Assembly (NCBI GenBank): GCA_020137815.1
Contig: CM035352.1
Span: 5,208,001 to 5,272,000, forward strand
From: Hormiphora californensis
Taxonomy: Eukaryota; Animalia; Ctenophora
Direction of reading: 5' to 3'
DNA: 64,000 nucleotides
Position 1 is the first letter of the stretch. Every line of letters starts with the position of its first letter. The notes under the pieces were generated by a model. It was not told where the DNA came from. It ran no database searches and worked only from the letters and a program-made list of their open reading frames with translations. The position numbers and the translations under genes were made by a program. Positions 1 to 13,744 of the stretch are shown in pieces.

Positions 1-126
1 AGGGACGTTAGAATACCTATAATACCGGTAACATGTAGCGAATTAAGGTGCAAGTCAGGAAAATTAGGACATCGAAATATACCTCCGGTAGTGCTCAATT
101 TGTAAACGTATTATACGGTTTCTTAC

Positions 127-1316
127 CATTCGAAATAAAAGTAGTTGATGGATCGAAAGAAAAAGGGGAAGCTAGCGAAGACACCACCGTACAGGAAAAC
201 CAGGGAACAGATTAATATGGCCTGAAAAACAAATGGGTCGTTGAAGTTGTAAATGGTAATGAGTCGGTGAAGACAAAATCTTCGAAATGATGTTTTATCA
301 ACAAACCCCTGATCGAGATCAACTTACGAATGGTTTGGTGGTAACAAAAGAGCTGTCATGTGGATTGTACACTGCCCTAATCCGGAATATCCCGGAGAGG
401 CTAAGGAGCATGGGAGTTGTGACCATATTCCAGTTCCACAGCCAACCCGCCACAAAACACAAGGGCGTGTCAAAGGATTTAGGCCTTCCTGGAGGTGATG
501 GTATTTGGGTTACGAAATAGGAATATATTGAGCGGTAATTGATTGGGTTACGCAATAAAGTAATATGGTATAATTGCCATTGGTTTCAGAATGTGATTGT
601 TCAATCCGAGTTCCTGTCATTATATTAAACGTGTCGAGACAGCTCAACTTGACATAACTGCACTAGCATTGTGAGGTAAAAAGCTATAGTGGTAATAGTG
701 ACACTAAAACGGAGGGTCACATGTTCATTTAAATTGTGACAGGTTTCAGAATTTCCCCGCAATTACCTGTGACAAGAAATACCCCGGAGTAAACGGCCAC
801 CATGGAAGTGATGAGGTCGGTGAGGGTTTCAAATATTGCAATAACGTAGTATGGTTTAGTACGTCCTAGCCGGAGAAACACCACCAGAGCTATCATGTTG
901 AAGGAAAATCCGAGGATCCCCACAATCAAATGCAACTGAAATGAAGTGTGGTTCAAAGTACAAAGTACAAAAATGCAATCCTAACTCGAGCATGGTTCAA
1001 AGTCGAAATGGATTTCACCTCCCTTGGTCTTCCCCAGTAAAAACATGCTTTTACTCGACAACTAAAACATTCAAGTACTTACCACTCCCCAGACCATGTC
1101 CACGACACCAACACACATGTCCATGGAGACCATCGTGTAACATAACGTAGCGTTGGCTGCGTTGTCACAGTAATGAGCAGTACACTCCGAGTAGGCGTAT
1201 CCGTTGGTCTCCAAACTGGCCATCGCGTGACTCTCCTGTATGTTCATGTGCTGTGATATGTTGGCCCAACAGGATTCGATTGTGGCAAATGAGCCTTGAT
1301 CACATACTGGAGTCAT
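127..1316 (-). CDS. Rhodopsin-like (class A) GPCR, multi-exon, 3' part runs off the window start
   Basis: Phase-consistent GT-AG exons 1316-1083, 935-767, 488-328 and 221-127 give N-terminus+TM1 (VWGVLHLIVGILGFSFNMIALVVF), TM2, TM3 (CFVAGWLWNWNMVTTPMLLSLSGIFRIRAV) and TM4 (AILICSLVFLYGGVFASFPFF). The start ATG is tentative. Confidence 0.75.
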
Positions 1317-3513
1317 CTGAATGGGACCTGGGTAAAATAATAATGGGTTTACAATAGCTGCTCTGACTATCAATAAATGTCAAAACAACTGTCAATAAAT
1401 GCCAAAAAAACAAGAAACAACACTTTTCTGTTGTGCTTTTGAATATACTAATCCCATGAAACCTAGTTTACAAATATTCAGAGGGATATAAAAAGACATG
1501 GGTTGCAGCTTGCTCGACCCTGTTTCACCGCGTCCCGCACGTCGAAACAAATGTAGAAGAGGGTTATAACAAGATATGGGTTGGTGCAGGACTTCAGAGA
1601 ATCTTGCACACACGGGTGCAAGGGTCTGCGTGGAGGTCTCAACTCCGACATAGTTATTAGTCAACAACAACAACAATTTAATATGGCGCACAGAAGAAAA
1701 AGAAGAAGAAAGAAACAGATGGTGGCCATTGGCTCATATATATATATTCAGTGTGTCCCACTCGAAGTCAAACTTGTTGAGTAAGGGGGTGGAGTTATAG
1801 GGGGATGGTCAAACAAGGATCAACAATTGATGGAAAGCTCTGTGTGTGTGCATTGGGCTTGGTGTCAACTATTCTATTAGATTGAATTAGTTATGGCATC
1901 AGCTCATCCAGAGCTCGAGAGGGAACTAAAATAGTTTACACACTGTAACCCTGGGCCGAACGACTAGCTATAAAGCAATTACATCAAATCAAGATCTTCA
2001 CAGAATGCTGCTATTGCCAATAGTATTGCTAATTTCTATGCTTCAACAATGAAATTCTCAAGAAACTAATAAGATAACAAATGGAGAGCTAATATAATTG
2101 CTCTAAAGGAGTCAAGAATTTCGCCAACGATATGGTGTGTATGTTTAGCAGAAAATATGGCACACACTAGTTCTTGGTAGTAGCACTACTATAGACGCTA
2201 GTGCTGATGGGTACAGCTTTCTAATTGCATGCTCCTGTCAATATATTATATTCTCTAAAATATATTGCAGTACCAGCTGGGATAGAGCATGCTCTATAGT
2301 TGTGTCTGCTCTAACAAGACATTAGCTCACACGTCGGTGCGGTATATAATAGTTCCCAATGATTTGATGCAAATGAGGGACAGAGCGCGAGATATAATTA
2401 AATACACTTCACATCTCATCACCGATCACCCAATATAGATTGTGCAGGGTAACCATGAGAGAATGCAAATACAATTTGGGAATGAAGCTGTATAGCTCAT
2501 TGTGGAGATACAGTTGGGGTGAAGCCGACCCGCCCTCGATCTCACACGCTCAGAGAAGGGATCAGTTCTGATATTTACTAAATCTAGCTGGCCTGCAACT
2601 GGGGTTCTAAAACTACAAGCTATAGTGTTTGCGGAAATGTTTAAATAACACGTGTTTACACGTGTTTACTGTTTCCTAACACACATGTATCACGATGAGA
2701 AGATGACTACACAACAGTATATTCCTAGTACCTTGTGCTAGCAACAACAAGGACAAAAGCAAACAAAGGTGTAAATGGAAAACAATGAGTAATAGCACTC
2801 TATTCGGTTTAAAGCGAGAGAGTGAGAAAGTACAATGTGCAAAGGAGGGTCTTTAACTTAAACTAAATGGTCTAAACTGAAGGAGTGGTGCGAAAAGGGA
2901 CAGTTACACTCCAATCTGTCAGTCAGAGAAATTGGTTCAAGGGAGACTGGTATAATGACACTTTGAAATTAAAGCAGCGAGGTACTGGTGTAATTTGAAG
3001 AAGTAACCGTCTGTGCATGAAAAGGCCCTAATGATGTGGAAACTGGAAGTTGAAGTTACAGATCTCCTGATTATGTGGAGCAAGCAAAGTTACGGTATGA
3101 CAGTATGATAATAGCTTCTGTTTTAATAATATCTCCTTCCGGCTTCAATCAAGGCGGCTAAAAAAGCATCTTGATTCAAGCACGGGGATATATAACTGCC
3201 ATTTCCCAACAGTCTGCTAAAAAAAAGGGTGATTTCATTTTCAAGCGTCCTTTAAGGCCTTAAAGTTAAACTCAGCCTGCAACATTGTGAATGAGAGCAA
3301 GTAGAGAGAGTGCAATTGTTGACTATAGCAGCTGAGATAACGGGTGAGAGAGGTTTGGAGAGGGAGAGAGGACCATGTGTTATAGTAGGTTTGGTTGTGT
3401 GGGTGTGTTAACGAGATAATGGGTGAAGATCCTAGAGCTCTAAAAACATATTATATACTTGTGGCTCTAGTATCGCTGGCCAAGCTAGTAGTTGCACTTT
3501 CCTACTCCTAGAA

Positions 3514-3812
3514 TCTCTATTATAATTTGGAGATGAACGTCGAAGTGGTGGCCGTTCGTTCAGCGGTATCTAAGCGACAGTGCTCCTTCATAAAACACTT
3601 CATATGACGAAAGCTGTAAAGCTGTTATTCACACTTTCTGAAGTTCCAGTGGAAGTTTCTTAATATTTCGAATGACTTTTAACAGGCCATTCCCCATAGT
3701 TACCAATTCAGTTGCCATGGCAACCGTTGAAAGGGGCAAAAAGAACCACCCGGCGAAGCCGGGTGGGTTATCAAAAAGCCCTTACTTGAGGCGCACCCAA
3801 TGGGTGCGCTAG
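3514..3812 (+). mobile_element. Non-autonomous Helitron (~300 bp)
   Basis: A|TCTCTATTATA 5' end; 3' GC-rich hairpins (CCACCCGGCGAAGCCGGGTGG, GCGCACCCAATGGGTGCGC) ending CTAG|T; inserted between A and T with no TSD. Confidence 0.7.
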
Positions 3813-4251
3813 TGAACATAAACGTAGAAAGTGGTAAAGAAGTAAAGAAGTGATAAGGTAAAACCAAGCAACAACAGCCATCACTTCATACTTAGGTTTT
3901 TTTGAAATTTCTCATGGACATAGCTCCACCACCTGATAAGATAGATACTGAGCAGTGAGCGTATATTATGGATAATGGATATATTCTGCTGTGATATATC
4001 ACATGTGTGATATAAGCCTGATTGGAATACCGTACAATAACCTAGGCAACGGGACGTGTTCCCCAATTATGCTAATATTATCTCCGAGATAATAATGGGA
4101 GTGATGCACCTGCTGCTGCGGGGGCGGCTGTGTCTGAAGAGGCTCTCGATCTGGAAAACAAAGAATGGGCACGATAATGATCATTCGGGGAGAGAATTCG
4201 CCAGCTGGTGTCGGTACTAAGACGGAGGGAAACACAAGAAGAGAATGACAG

Positions 4252-4636
<385 letters not shown>

Positions 4637-5556
4637 GGTGATTCCCGTGTGTCATATGCTGTACAGGAATGATATTGCATGCTCCCAATCACACCTTCCT
4701 ACCGCACCACGCGAGAGGAGGGTCCCCCTCCCAGAAAGGAGGAGGAGTGTATTTTCAGTGATCACAGCTCAGAATACTGCTGGGGAGGCACTGCGGTTTA
4801 TATCACCATCATATGATAGCGTAAGATTGAGGGGGTGACAGTAGACTGAACTCTTGATCATATGTAGTAGCTTTTAGATTGAATGAAGGTGTACTATAGA
4901 AATGTGTTCTACTGTATACTACCGAAAAAAAGTCATCACAAAGCAGTTGCAGTTGGTAATGGTACTGCAAGAGCTTTCTGATGACTAGCATATATCACAT
5001 GTATATGTGACTATAGTACTACTTAGATAATGAATATGAATGATATCACTGAAACTGATGGTGTTGCACATGGCCACATATGACCCCTGTCATGACACTA
5101 CTTTAGTGTGAGAGAGAGGGGAAAGTATCAAACTTTGTAAGGATCAACACTTAGAGACGTCGTGGAGAAAGCCTAGCTCTTCACAGATCACTGATCCACG
5201 ATAGTCAAAATTGTAGTAAAATAGAAAACCTGCAGAATAACCAGATGGCCGTAGAAAGCTCTGTCAGGCCAATGAGAAAGCTAGGCTAAAACAAAATGAA
5301 ATTTACAGTTCATTGTGCACACATTCTCAGTTTCAGTAAATCAAACAATGGCATGTCACGAAAGAAAGGTTGTAGGCGTAGCCTATTCTTCTATCATGTC
5401 TATATGCTATATCGATCCGATAGAATAGAACTATTGTATTTCTTTAACATTCCTCAATCCCTGGCCCTTTTTTTCCACAGCTGGTTCCATTCGGAGAAAA
5501 AAGCGTTTATATAATCACAGTAAGCGGCACGGACAATGATAAGGGATGTCTAATGC

Positions 5557-6552
5557 GGTAGTATGGTAGTTAAGGTCGTGTGCACTTTTTGGCGCCACCT
5601 TGGCGCCACGCTGCGATATTTTAGCGCCAAAATTTGGCGACTGCGCAGTGCGCAGTCGCCAAATTTTTTCAAATGCCTAATTTAATTCAAAATTTCACTT
5701 GGTATCGGGTTAAATGAGCTCCTACGATCATTCTAAAACGTTTTATCACAAAGTTTTGGCTCTACCATGGCCCAATTACGTTGGCACGAGCTATGCCCAT
5801 ATATGGGCATATTCATTTCAAAAAGTCTGTTTTAGGGCGTGATTTCGAACAAAACACACATATAAATCGTCTCGTGACAACTTATACAACTGTTACTTTC
5901 AGTTTGAGTCTTCAGATATCCACTTTATGAACAAAAATAAAAAATTTTCTCCCTTTTTTTCTTGCTAATTTTACCAACTTGCAGAATCGTGGGGACGAAT
6001 TTTAATTTTTTTTTAGTTTTTTCTTGGTGGAAAGCAAATTTCGGTTGTAATCGACTAATTTTGGCCTGCGGAACACGATCCCGTTCATGAAAAAGCTCTC
6101 AAAATTTAAGAACATGTCCAAAATGAACATTTTTTGTCAAAAATGAACATTTTTTGTCAAAAATGAACATTTTTAGGTCAAAAATGAACTTTAGCATCAT
6201 TTAATGATGCATATCAATTCTTGTCAGTTTCGAGGTGCTGAACACGATCCTGAACATAAAAAGTTGATATCAAGAACATGTCAAAAACTGGTGAAAACCA
6301 CACATATTTCCCTGTTTTTACCATTTTTCGGTTAAAAACTACACTTTTTAAATCGCGATGCCAACGTAACTGACAAACACTATCCCGATTCTGTTTTGCT
6401 GATGTGATAGAGAATTGTCCATAGTTTCAAATTAGCTAGATACTGAATGGCCTAGTCGAAAAAAATTTGAAATAGCACACCCTACTGCGCACTGCCGCCA
6501 ATATCGCCATGTGGCGCCAAAAAGTGCGCACGACCTTAACTACCATACTACC
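5557..6552. mobile_element. Non-autonomous DNA transposon, 8-bp TSD, GG-start TIR (Merlin-like)
   Basis: TIR GGTAGTATGGTAGTTAAGGTCGTG...CACGACCTTAACTACCATACTACC; perfect TSD TCTAATGC at 5549-5556 and 6553-6560; internal ~21-bp tandem repeats near 6120-6190. Confidence 0.8.
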
Positions 6553-7163
6553 TCTAATGCTCGGCGATACAATAATACATCATAGTAGTATCGACACTGA
6601 GATTTGATATTGGGAATGAGGTAACTATAGATCCCGTAGTTTCAATCATTTAACTTCTCTCTCAGCCACTGACTGGTCCAATATAAACTTTTAAAAGAGA
6701 GTATAGTAGTTAAAGAGTATAATAAATTTGCCTAGCCGTGGTTTGATTAATCTGGCAACGGGGCACTGAAAAAGAAGTGACTTCCCTTTAAAGACGTATA
6801 ACCATTTTAAAGTAAAGTTACGCTATGCTCTCTTTCCACTAATTTAAATCTATCATTTTCACTACTTGATTTGCCAAGTGAATTCATTAGATCACGATAG
6901 AGTCATGATAGGGGAGATGGAGAGTGAGTGAGAGAGAGAAAAAGACTCACATAATTCAGCCTATAACGATGGTTAGTCTGTAAAAGGAGAATTTCAATTA
7001 CCAGCTGTATCCATAAAGAAGCGAGAAAGGGTCAGAGACGTGCGATGCCCGACAGCTCCCGCTCCTAGGTAGAAGAGACTCTGCGTAGGGGCGGGACAGC
7101 AGCTGCTTGATATTTTACTAAACAATTTTTTAGTCCCTAAGCATATCAGCAAGTCAAATTTAA

Positions 7164-7823
7164 AGTAAGGGTGGCACGCCGTGTTTTCTCACAAAACTTA
7201 GTGGATGAACGGGGAGTACCACCAGGACCATTGGTACGGTATCGAAAATTTCCAATTCTGTCTCGTTCATTAGTTATGACGTAATATGTTCATTATTTGA
7301 GCTTTCATAAAATTGCTTTTCAGAAAAATCCATGCATTGTGGATTGAAATGGATGCTTGCATCGTGTTCAGCGTCAAAAAATAGCCGGGGTACCAAATTT
7401 TGGTGTCTCTACCTTGTCTGTGACGCGAGATATCGACAATTATCAAAAACGACCAAAGTGAGAGAAAGAGAGTTTGTTACAGTTGGGTGGCGCGCACAAA
7501 CAACTAGCACCCAAAGATAACAAACTCTCTCTCACCCATTTTGGCTGTTTTTTATATTTGTCAATATCTCGCGTCACAGACAAGGTAGAAACACCAAAAT
7601 TTGGTACCCCGGCTATTTTTTGACGCTGAACACGATGCAACCATCCATTTCAATCCACGATGCACGGATTTTTCTGAAAAGCAATTTTATAAAAGTTGAA
7701 ATAATGAACATATTACGTCATAACTAATGAACGAGACAGAATTGGAAATTTTCGATACCGTACCAATGGTCCTGGTGGTACTCCCCGTTCATCCACTAAG
7801 TTTTGTGAGAAAACACTCTTACT
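7164..7823. mobile_element. Palindromic MITE with TTAA flanks (Kolobok-like)
   Basis: ~300-bp inverted arms (7181-7470 vs 7520-7816); ends TTAA|AGTAAG...CTTACT|TTAA. Confidence 0.7.
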
Positions 7824-7866
7824 TTAAGATTCCTGACCCAATTTCCCAAACCCCACCCTACTAATA

Positions 7867-8033
7867 CAGTCGGACCCCGATTTAGTGGCATCCTCGGGGG
7901 AAAAATCCTGCCACTAAATCGAGGTGCCATTAAATCGGGGTCAAATAATGTTAATTTCCTATATCGGGGGAAAAATCCTGCCACTAAATCGGGGTGCCAC
8001 TAAATCGGGGTGCCACTATATCGGGGTCCTACT
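7867..8033. mobile_element. Tc1/pogo-type MITE
   Basis: TA|CAGTCGGACCCCGATTTAGTGGCA start, internal TGCCACTAAATCGGGG repeats and a matching inverted end. A related half copy lies at about 25019-25110. Confidence 0.6.
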
Positions 8034-11000
8034 AACAGGTACCTTCAGGAAGGGTGAGGCCAGTATTTTACTAGCACCTGAGAGCTAGGCTCAAACCCCA
8101 TTAGTGATCATGTCGGCCATGTTTCATTGAAACTGTTTCAATTTGTTGAGTAAGGGGGACTTGAGTGAAACTCCCACTCTTCCCCCTTACTCAACAAGTT
8201 TCAATATATTCTGTTAAGTGCCATATGCCAGGCCAATGCTCTGTCAGAATATATTGCGATTAACCCGAAGTTCTTTCTGACAATATTCACTCTCTCTCAG
8301 CATGGTGAGTGGGTAGTACTGGGTGAGTGGGTAGTACTGGGTTGACCTGGTAGAGACTCTACTCAGTCTACCCAGTACCCAGTACCCACTCGCCAGTTCA
8401 CCACTGAGGGACTTAGAGACTCTTATACTCCTCACACTCTTGCATATATTGAGTGAGAGTCTGCACTGTTATGTAGAGTCGTAGACTCCTCAAATGGAAT
8501 TGAAACTTGTATGTGTATAACAACCATGTGTCATTTCTGATTTCTTTCATTCTCTAACTGAGCACACGAGAGTTGGCCATTACGGTGCCTAACATACACA
8601 CACCTAGCATGAAATATAACGCAGTCTTAAGAGAAAAATCTGGGTTGAGAAAAATCAGAAAAGAAATAAACGTGGATAGCAGATCTACACAACGATATAG
8701 TGATACTAAAACAATAAAACAAACACAAATAGCATAGGTCAATCAAGCTTGCTTGTCTTCTTACGGTATTTCATCAAAATAGTTTGTTGAATACCGTTTT
8801 TACTACTACAATCAGTCTTGTGATGACTTTCCTTACAGTATTGTCATATATAATAGGATTGATTACCGAGTTAATTGGTAGGAACACAACAGAGAGAAGC
8901 CCATACCACTCTGAAACGTCGACAAGCTCACTGGCGTGGAGGGCAGATATGACAATAAAGGGCGACCAGCACACGAAGTCAGACCCGATGATAAGCGCTA
9001 TCTTTCTCTGTAGAACCTGTCGTCTTCTCCGGAGTCTACCAGCCAAGTTCAAGTTTTCACCCTGCATCAAATTCCGTGTGGTTTCCCTGGTGACTGCATA
9101 GATGTTGATGTAGCTGATGGTGATGATAGGGAAACAGAGCAGGTTCAGTGCCAGGAGAGCCCACACGTACTCCTTTTGGGGGTCACCACGTTTTACCAGA
9201 TACTTAAACAAACACACCCCGTCGTTTCCATAGAAATGGGTCCTCCGGGTGGCGACAGGGTCTGTGAACATGTCTCCTATTAGCATTCTGAATGGTATTC
9301 CAACTCAAACCGTGATGGGTCTTCCCGTAGTGAGCCCGGAATCGTCATGACAGCCGTGTGTTTGTCTGTAGATCCCACAAACAAGGTTATCTACTTCCTT
9401 GGTCAAATACCAATCCGTTGACAAAAAAGTCTTCCAATGCTGGGAGAAGTGGCAGAATTGCCACTAAACCAATGACCATGAAGACTCCCAGGAACATACC
9501 AATTCCTATCCAGATTTTCCTCCTTGTCAGTGGTGGTTCGACATGTAGTCCCTGTCCGATCGAAATGCTCCTGACTACACCCTACAATAGTGATCGCCAG
9601 GAAGGTACAATTTGACCCAACTGTACTGATAACCCCGAGAATGGCACAGGGTTTCCCGCTCAACCAATACAACCTTGTACTGCAGAACGATGTCTCGCTG
9701 TCAGTGTACAGAATACTATCAAAAACTGCCAGCACAACCAGGTACAGTCCCACCAGAAAGTCCCCCGTTGTAATCAATAGGATGAGACCCTGGTTGAGGA
9801 AGGCTGACAAGGTCCGAGATGCTTTTGCGGTACTGTTTCCATGCCAACCTGCACAACACCATGAAGTTGAGGGAGACTCCGAGGAGACCGATAACCCAGG
9901 AAGCGGCCGTTATGAGACCAGATCCAAGGAGTCTCTTACCCTCAGAGCAGAGATCACTGCACTCATCTTCTGCATCCTTACAATCAATAACCCCATTACA
10001 CACCCTGTCCAGGGATATGAACTGGTTCGTTCCAGGACATTGGTAGTTGTTCTTGCAGGGAATCTCATCGCTTCCATCTCCACAGTCATCCACCACGTTG
10101 CATACCTTCTGGTACTCGACACACCTGTCGTTGTCACAGGGGAAGATGTCGTTATGGTAACCGGTGAGAGAGGGTAGGAGGAATGTCAGGAAGGTGTTGT
10201 TCGCCTGGGTGAACACCCTCTCCGGGTACTGGCCATGTGCAGCTTGAGTACAGGATAGGACGAGTTCATGGGGCAGGGTATTCCGGGGCATTTCCCCATA
10301 CAACTTGCCGCAATATACTCCTCTCCGTAGAGAAATGAACACACCTGTCCTGTCTGTCGTCGTCGTTATCACTGTCGTACTCCTTGTTTTTACCAAGAGT
10401 GGATATTCCTGGGAGAATCTGTAGTTCGGATTGCCTACACTCTGCCGGATATCCCATCTGTAGGCGCAGTTGCCTCCAACCCGGGTAGGCATACCGGGCT
10501 TATCATTGTGTCCGGTGCCTGCCTTATCATCCTCTCGCTCACTGTACCTTGCCCACGTGCCGCTGCACACACTTTACCCTCACTCTCACAGGAAGTCCCT
10601 GCCGTCACACAGGTCAGACAACCTCTCAAACCGGCTGTTACACCGGTACATGCCCTCGCAGGGCCGACCTGCCACTGCAAAGTACTCATGGCCGTTGTTT
10701 AGGAGGCACCGAGGCCAAGATCCAACCTGATCCTCATCCCTCCCTGACACACAGTCCTGGTCTCCATCCCCCAGCCAGGATATCGGGATCCCCATGGCTC
10801 TATCGTGGAGATACCTCCTCCAACAAGTCTCCTCAGTCATCTCCTGGCAGATTGGGTGACGTTCATCCGCACCGTCACCACAATCACTGACACCGTCACA
10901 AAGCTTGTGTTTGTGAACGCGACACCCGACACCCGTGTCAAGTTTCACACAGCGGGTGTCGAATTTATCATCACAGAGGGACACGATGCCCCTGCAAATC

Positions 11001-11843
11001 AGCCGAACTGAAACTGTGGAGGGATACCCAGTTGATGGTGCAGCTAAGTCCCTGGAGAGCCGGATCTGAGCAGTTCGTTTGGTCCATGTAGTCGACACAG
11101 TAGGGATCATATACAGTTGTGTACCCCTGAGTTTTCTCGAACGCACTGCATCTCGTGTAGTTCCAAAGAGGCGTAGGTTTGGGCACATTGTCAAATTGTC
11201 TGAGTCGTAGACACGTGAACTCTGCGTTTTTTGGATCTTCGCACCCCTCCTCGTCTTTCCAGTCCCAACAGTCAGGGAAAACCATCACAGATTTGGTCCG
11301 TTTTCACCAGGCCCGGGGTGGTAAACCCAAATCCTACTTCACAGGAAATTCCGTACTTGAAGCCGTTACACTCGTGTTCGTTGTCAACTCCGTTAAATTG
11401 GTTCATCTCTGGTGACCAGTAAATGATGCCATTACATGAAATGTTGTTGACAATCTTGCCGTAAAATGGGACACTTGTTGGGTTAATTTGAACACTCTCA
11501 CAATATCTCTCAAATATAGGCGAGTGTGCTTTGTACATCTTGGGCAACAGTTGTATCAACATGCATGCGATTTCTGAGAAAACTGCCGTTCCAATGGCAC
11601 GATTTCGATTCATTGTCAGTTAGCGTGGCAAAACCACAAAATGGTGCAAATTCAGATACATTGGACATGGTGGTTGTTGTTGTTGGTATAGGTATGTGAC
11701 CACAGACTTGGTAGTAGAAGGGGTCGTTAGAGCATTTTCTTGAGAACTTTGTAGTTTCATATTCACCGACAGCGTTCCAAACTCCTGAAAAATGTGGAAC
11801 TAGTATACACGGGTACCTGGACGTATGGTTACGCGTAATAGTA

Positions 11844-13305
11844 TTACCCTCTCCTACTATGTATTGGTGACCCACTTCTCTGGCCACTACAACTCTGGCT
11901 ACTACAACTCTGGCTACTACAATTCTGGCTAGTAGCCACAGTTGTATACAACTCTGGCTACTAGAGGTGCACCTCTATCTACCAAATGACCCCGCCTATA
12001 TATGAAATAGAACTCCGTATTACCGACTCATTAGGTGATAGGTAGTTAGGTACACGCATTAACACACACGAGTTAGGTTCGCTGGATATAGTACTGATAA
12101 GTTGAGAATATGTACCATGCTGCGAGACCAACCCCAGGAACCGAACCATTCTCCCCACAACACCAGCCTCCAAACCTATCTCCACCCGTCTCCACTCCTA
12201 ACAGCAACCTCCACACCTAACACCAAGAGATCTGAAACAGCGGAAAGATCGATATCCTCTGACCACTAAGATAGTAAACGTTGACACTCGCAAGAAACAG
12301 AGACCCAGATCGATCTCATCAGCCGTAAACCTGACACGGTTTCGTATGGGTACATGTATTGTGTACTACACAAGTTACAAAGTCAGGCGCCCTGGCAATC
12401 TCGATAATCTTAGACCACCGTTCGATGTATGGCCAGTTGCCCGGAATGAGTTATCGACTGGGGTCCCTCACTGCTGCCCCCGTTGACAGGTTTATGAACG
12501 TGAGGGCACACCCATCCAATACTACCACCACTTCACAGTTCAATGACTCAACTACTCCATTTTCCTGTACTTCCACTCCTTCTTCGCCGACAGGAAGTAG
12601 ATCCACGTGGAACAGTGAGCAGCCTCTCTTCCCGTATCCTTCACCAGCTTCCTCGGCCCCTACCTTTGAACCCTTGCCTGGAAGCTGCTTTAGTCAAGCT
12701 GTCCACTACCTGACCTCGAGCCCCAACCTCAACAGCCATGTTGAAACACTTCCAACCATTAACTTCACACTCAAGGTCGGTATACCGATCAAACTGGAGA
12801 GTAAGCTGAAAGCTCCCACCAGATCATCGTCTTTACCTCTCGCGAGAATACAATAAGATCAGTTCTGGTTTGGTCTCAGGATGAAGCCAACCATTCTCTA
12901 CCCCATATCGAAAAGGCTTATCCAACTGAACACCTGAATTCCATCGGGACCACATCACCTCTCCAGGCCAACCACATCCCATGAATCTCCAACTACATGG
13001 TCTGTACAGTTCTCTCTTGGTCTAACCTCTTACGCGTACGATCGATCGAGATCACAGCACCTCTCTTCTCGCTTTCCAACACCTTCTCCCAAGCCTACGT
13101 CCCTGACGGCGATATGATAACATGTGCAATACGGCGTTATACATATTTCTTCTATTATAGGCAGGACTTGGTAGTAGCCAGAGATACACCCCCAGTAGCC
13201 AGAGTTGTATACAACTGTGGCTACTAGCCAGAGTTGTAGTAGCCAGAGTTGTAGTGGCCAGAGAAGTGGGTAATCCTATGTATTACTAATAGTAGGAGCG
13301 GGTAA
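11844..13305. mobile_element. Inverted-repeat (foldback/MITE-like) element in GPCR intron, with internal retrotransposon fragment
   Basis: ~130-bp inverted repeats built from CTACAACTCTGGCTA units at about 11844-11975 and 13175-13305; no clear TSD. Confidence 0.6.
12580..13150 (-). mobile_element. Decayed 3' fragment of RLE-type (HERO/NeSL-like) non-LTR retrotransposon
   Basis: Minus-strand pieces read xNAVL...KPELILLYSRE..KTMIWWELS...YTDLECEVNGWKCFNMAVEVGARGQV...REAAHCSTWIYF. This matches the RHNxVL / PD..E / KY...GW...VEVGARG restriction-like endonuclease signature. Confidence 0.7.
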
Positions 13306-13522
13306 ATTGCCACGTGGTCACACGCCATGTCCGATTTGTGCATGCTCGTTATAGCTCTTTCATTTTGTGACATATCAACAATTCGACAGATCTTATCGAG
13401 ATCTACAAAAAAACCTGAATATCATTTTGATTCGATGCTAAATGAAGGAGTTTTGGTAACCTAAAATTCAGCCAGGGTGGCGTGGGACTTTTGCACGTGC
13501 TGACTGCTGATCTAACCGTGCC

Positions 13523-13744
13523 GGTAAGCGGACTCTAGTGCTAAAATCACGAAAAGCGAACTCGAGATTTCGGCCGTTAGGCCGGAAACGAGAGTTTGCT
13601 GTAACTCCATACTCATTTAGAAGTGTTAGGGCCGTTAATTAGGTTCGAGTTTAGGGGTTAGTGTAAAGGTTAGGGTTAGATATAGAGTCCTCCTTGGGTT
13701 TAGACTTTAGATATAGAGTCCGTTAGCACTAGAGTTCGCCTACC
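13523..13744. mobile_element. MITE with 22-bp TIR and 9-bp TSD
   Basis: TIR GGTAAGCGGACTCTAGTGCTAA / TTAGCACTAGAGTTCGCCTACC; TSD AACCGTGCC / AACCGTTCC; internal GGTTAGGGTTA-like tract. Confidence 0.7.
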
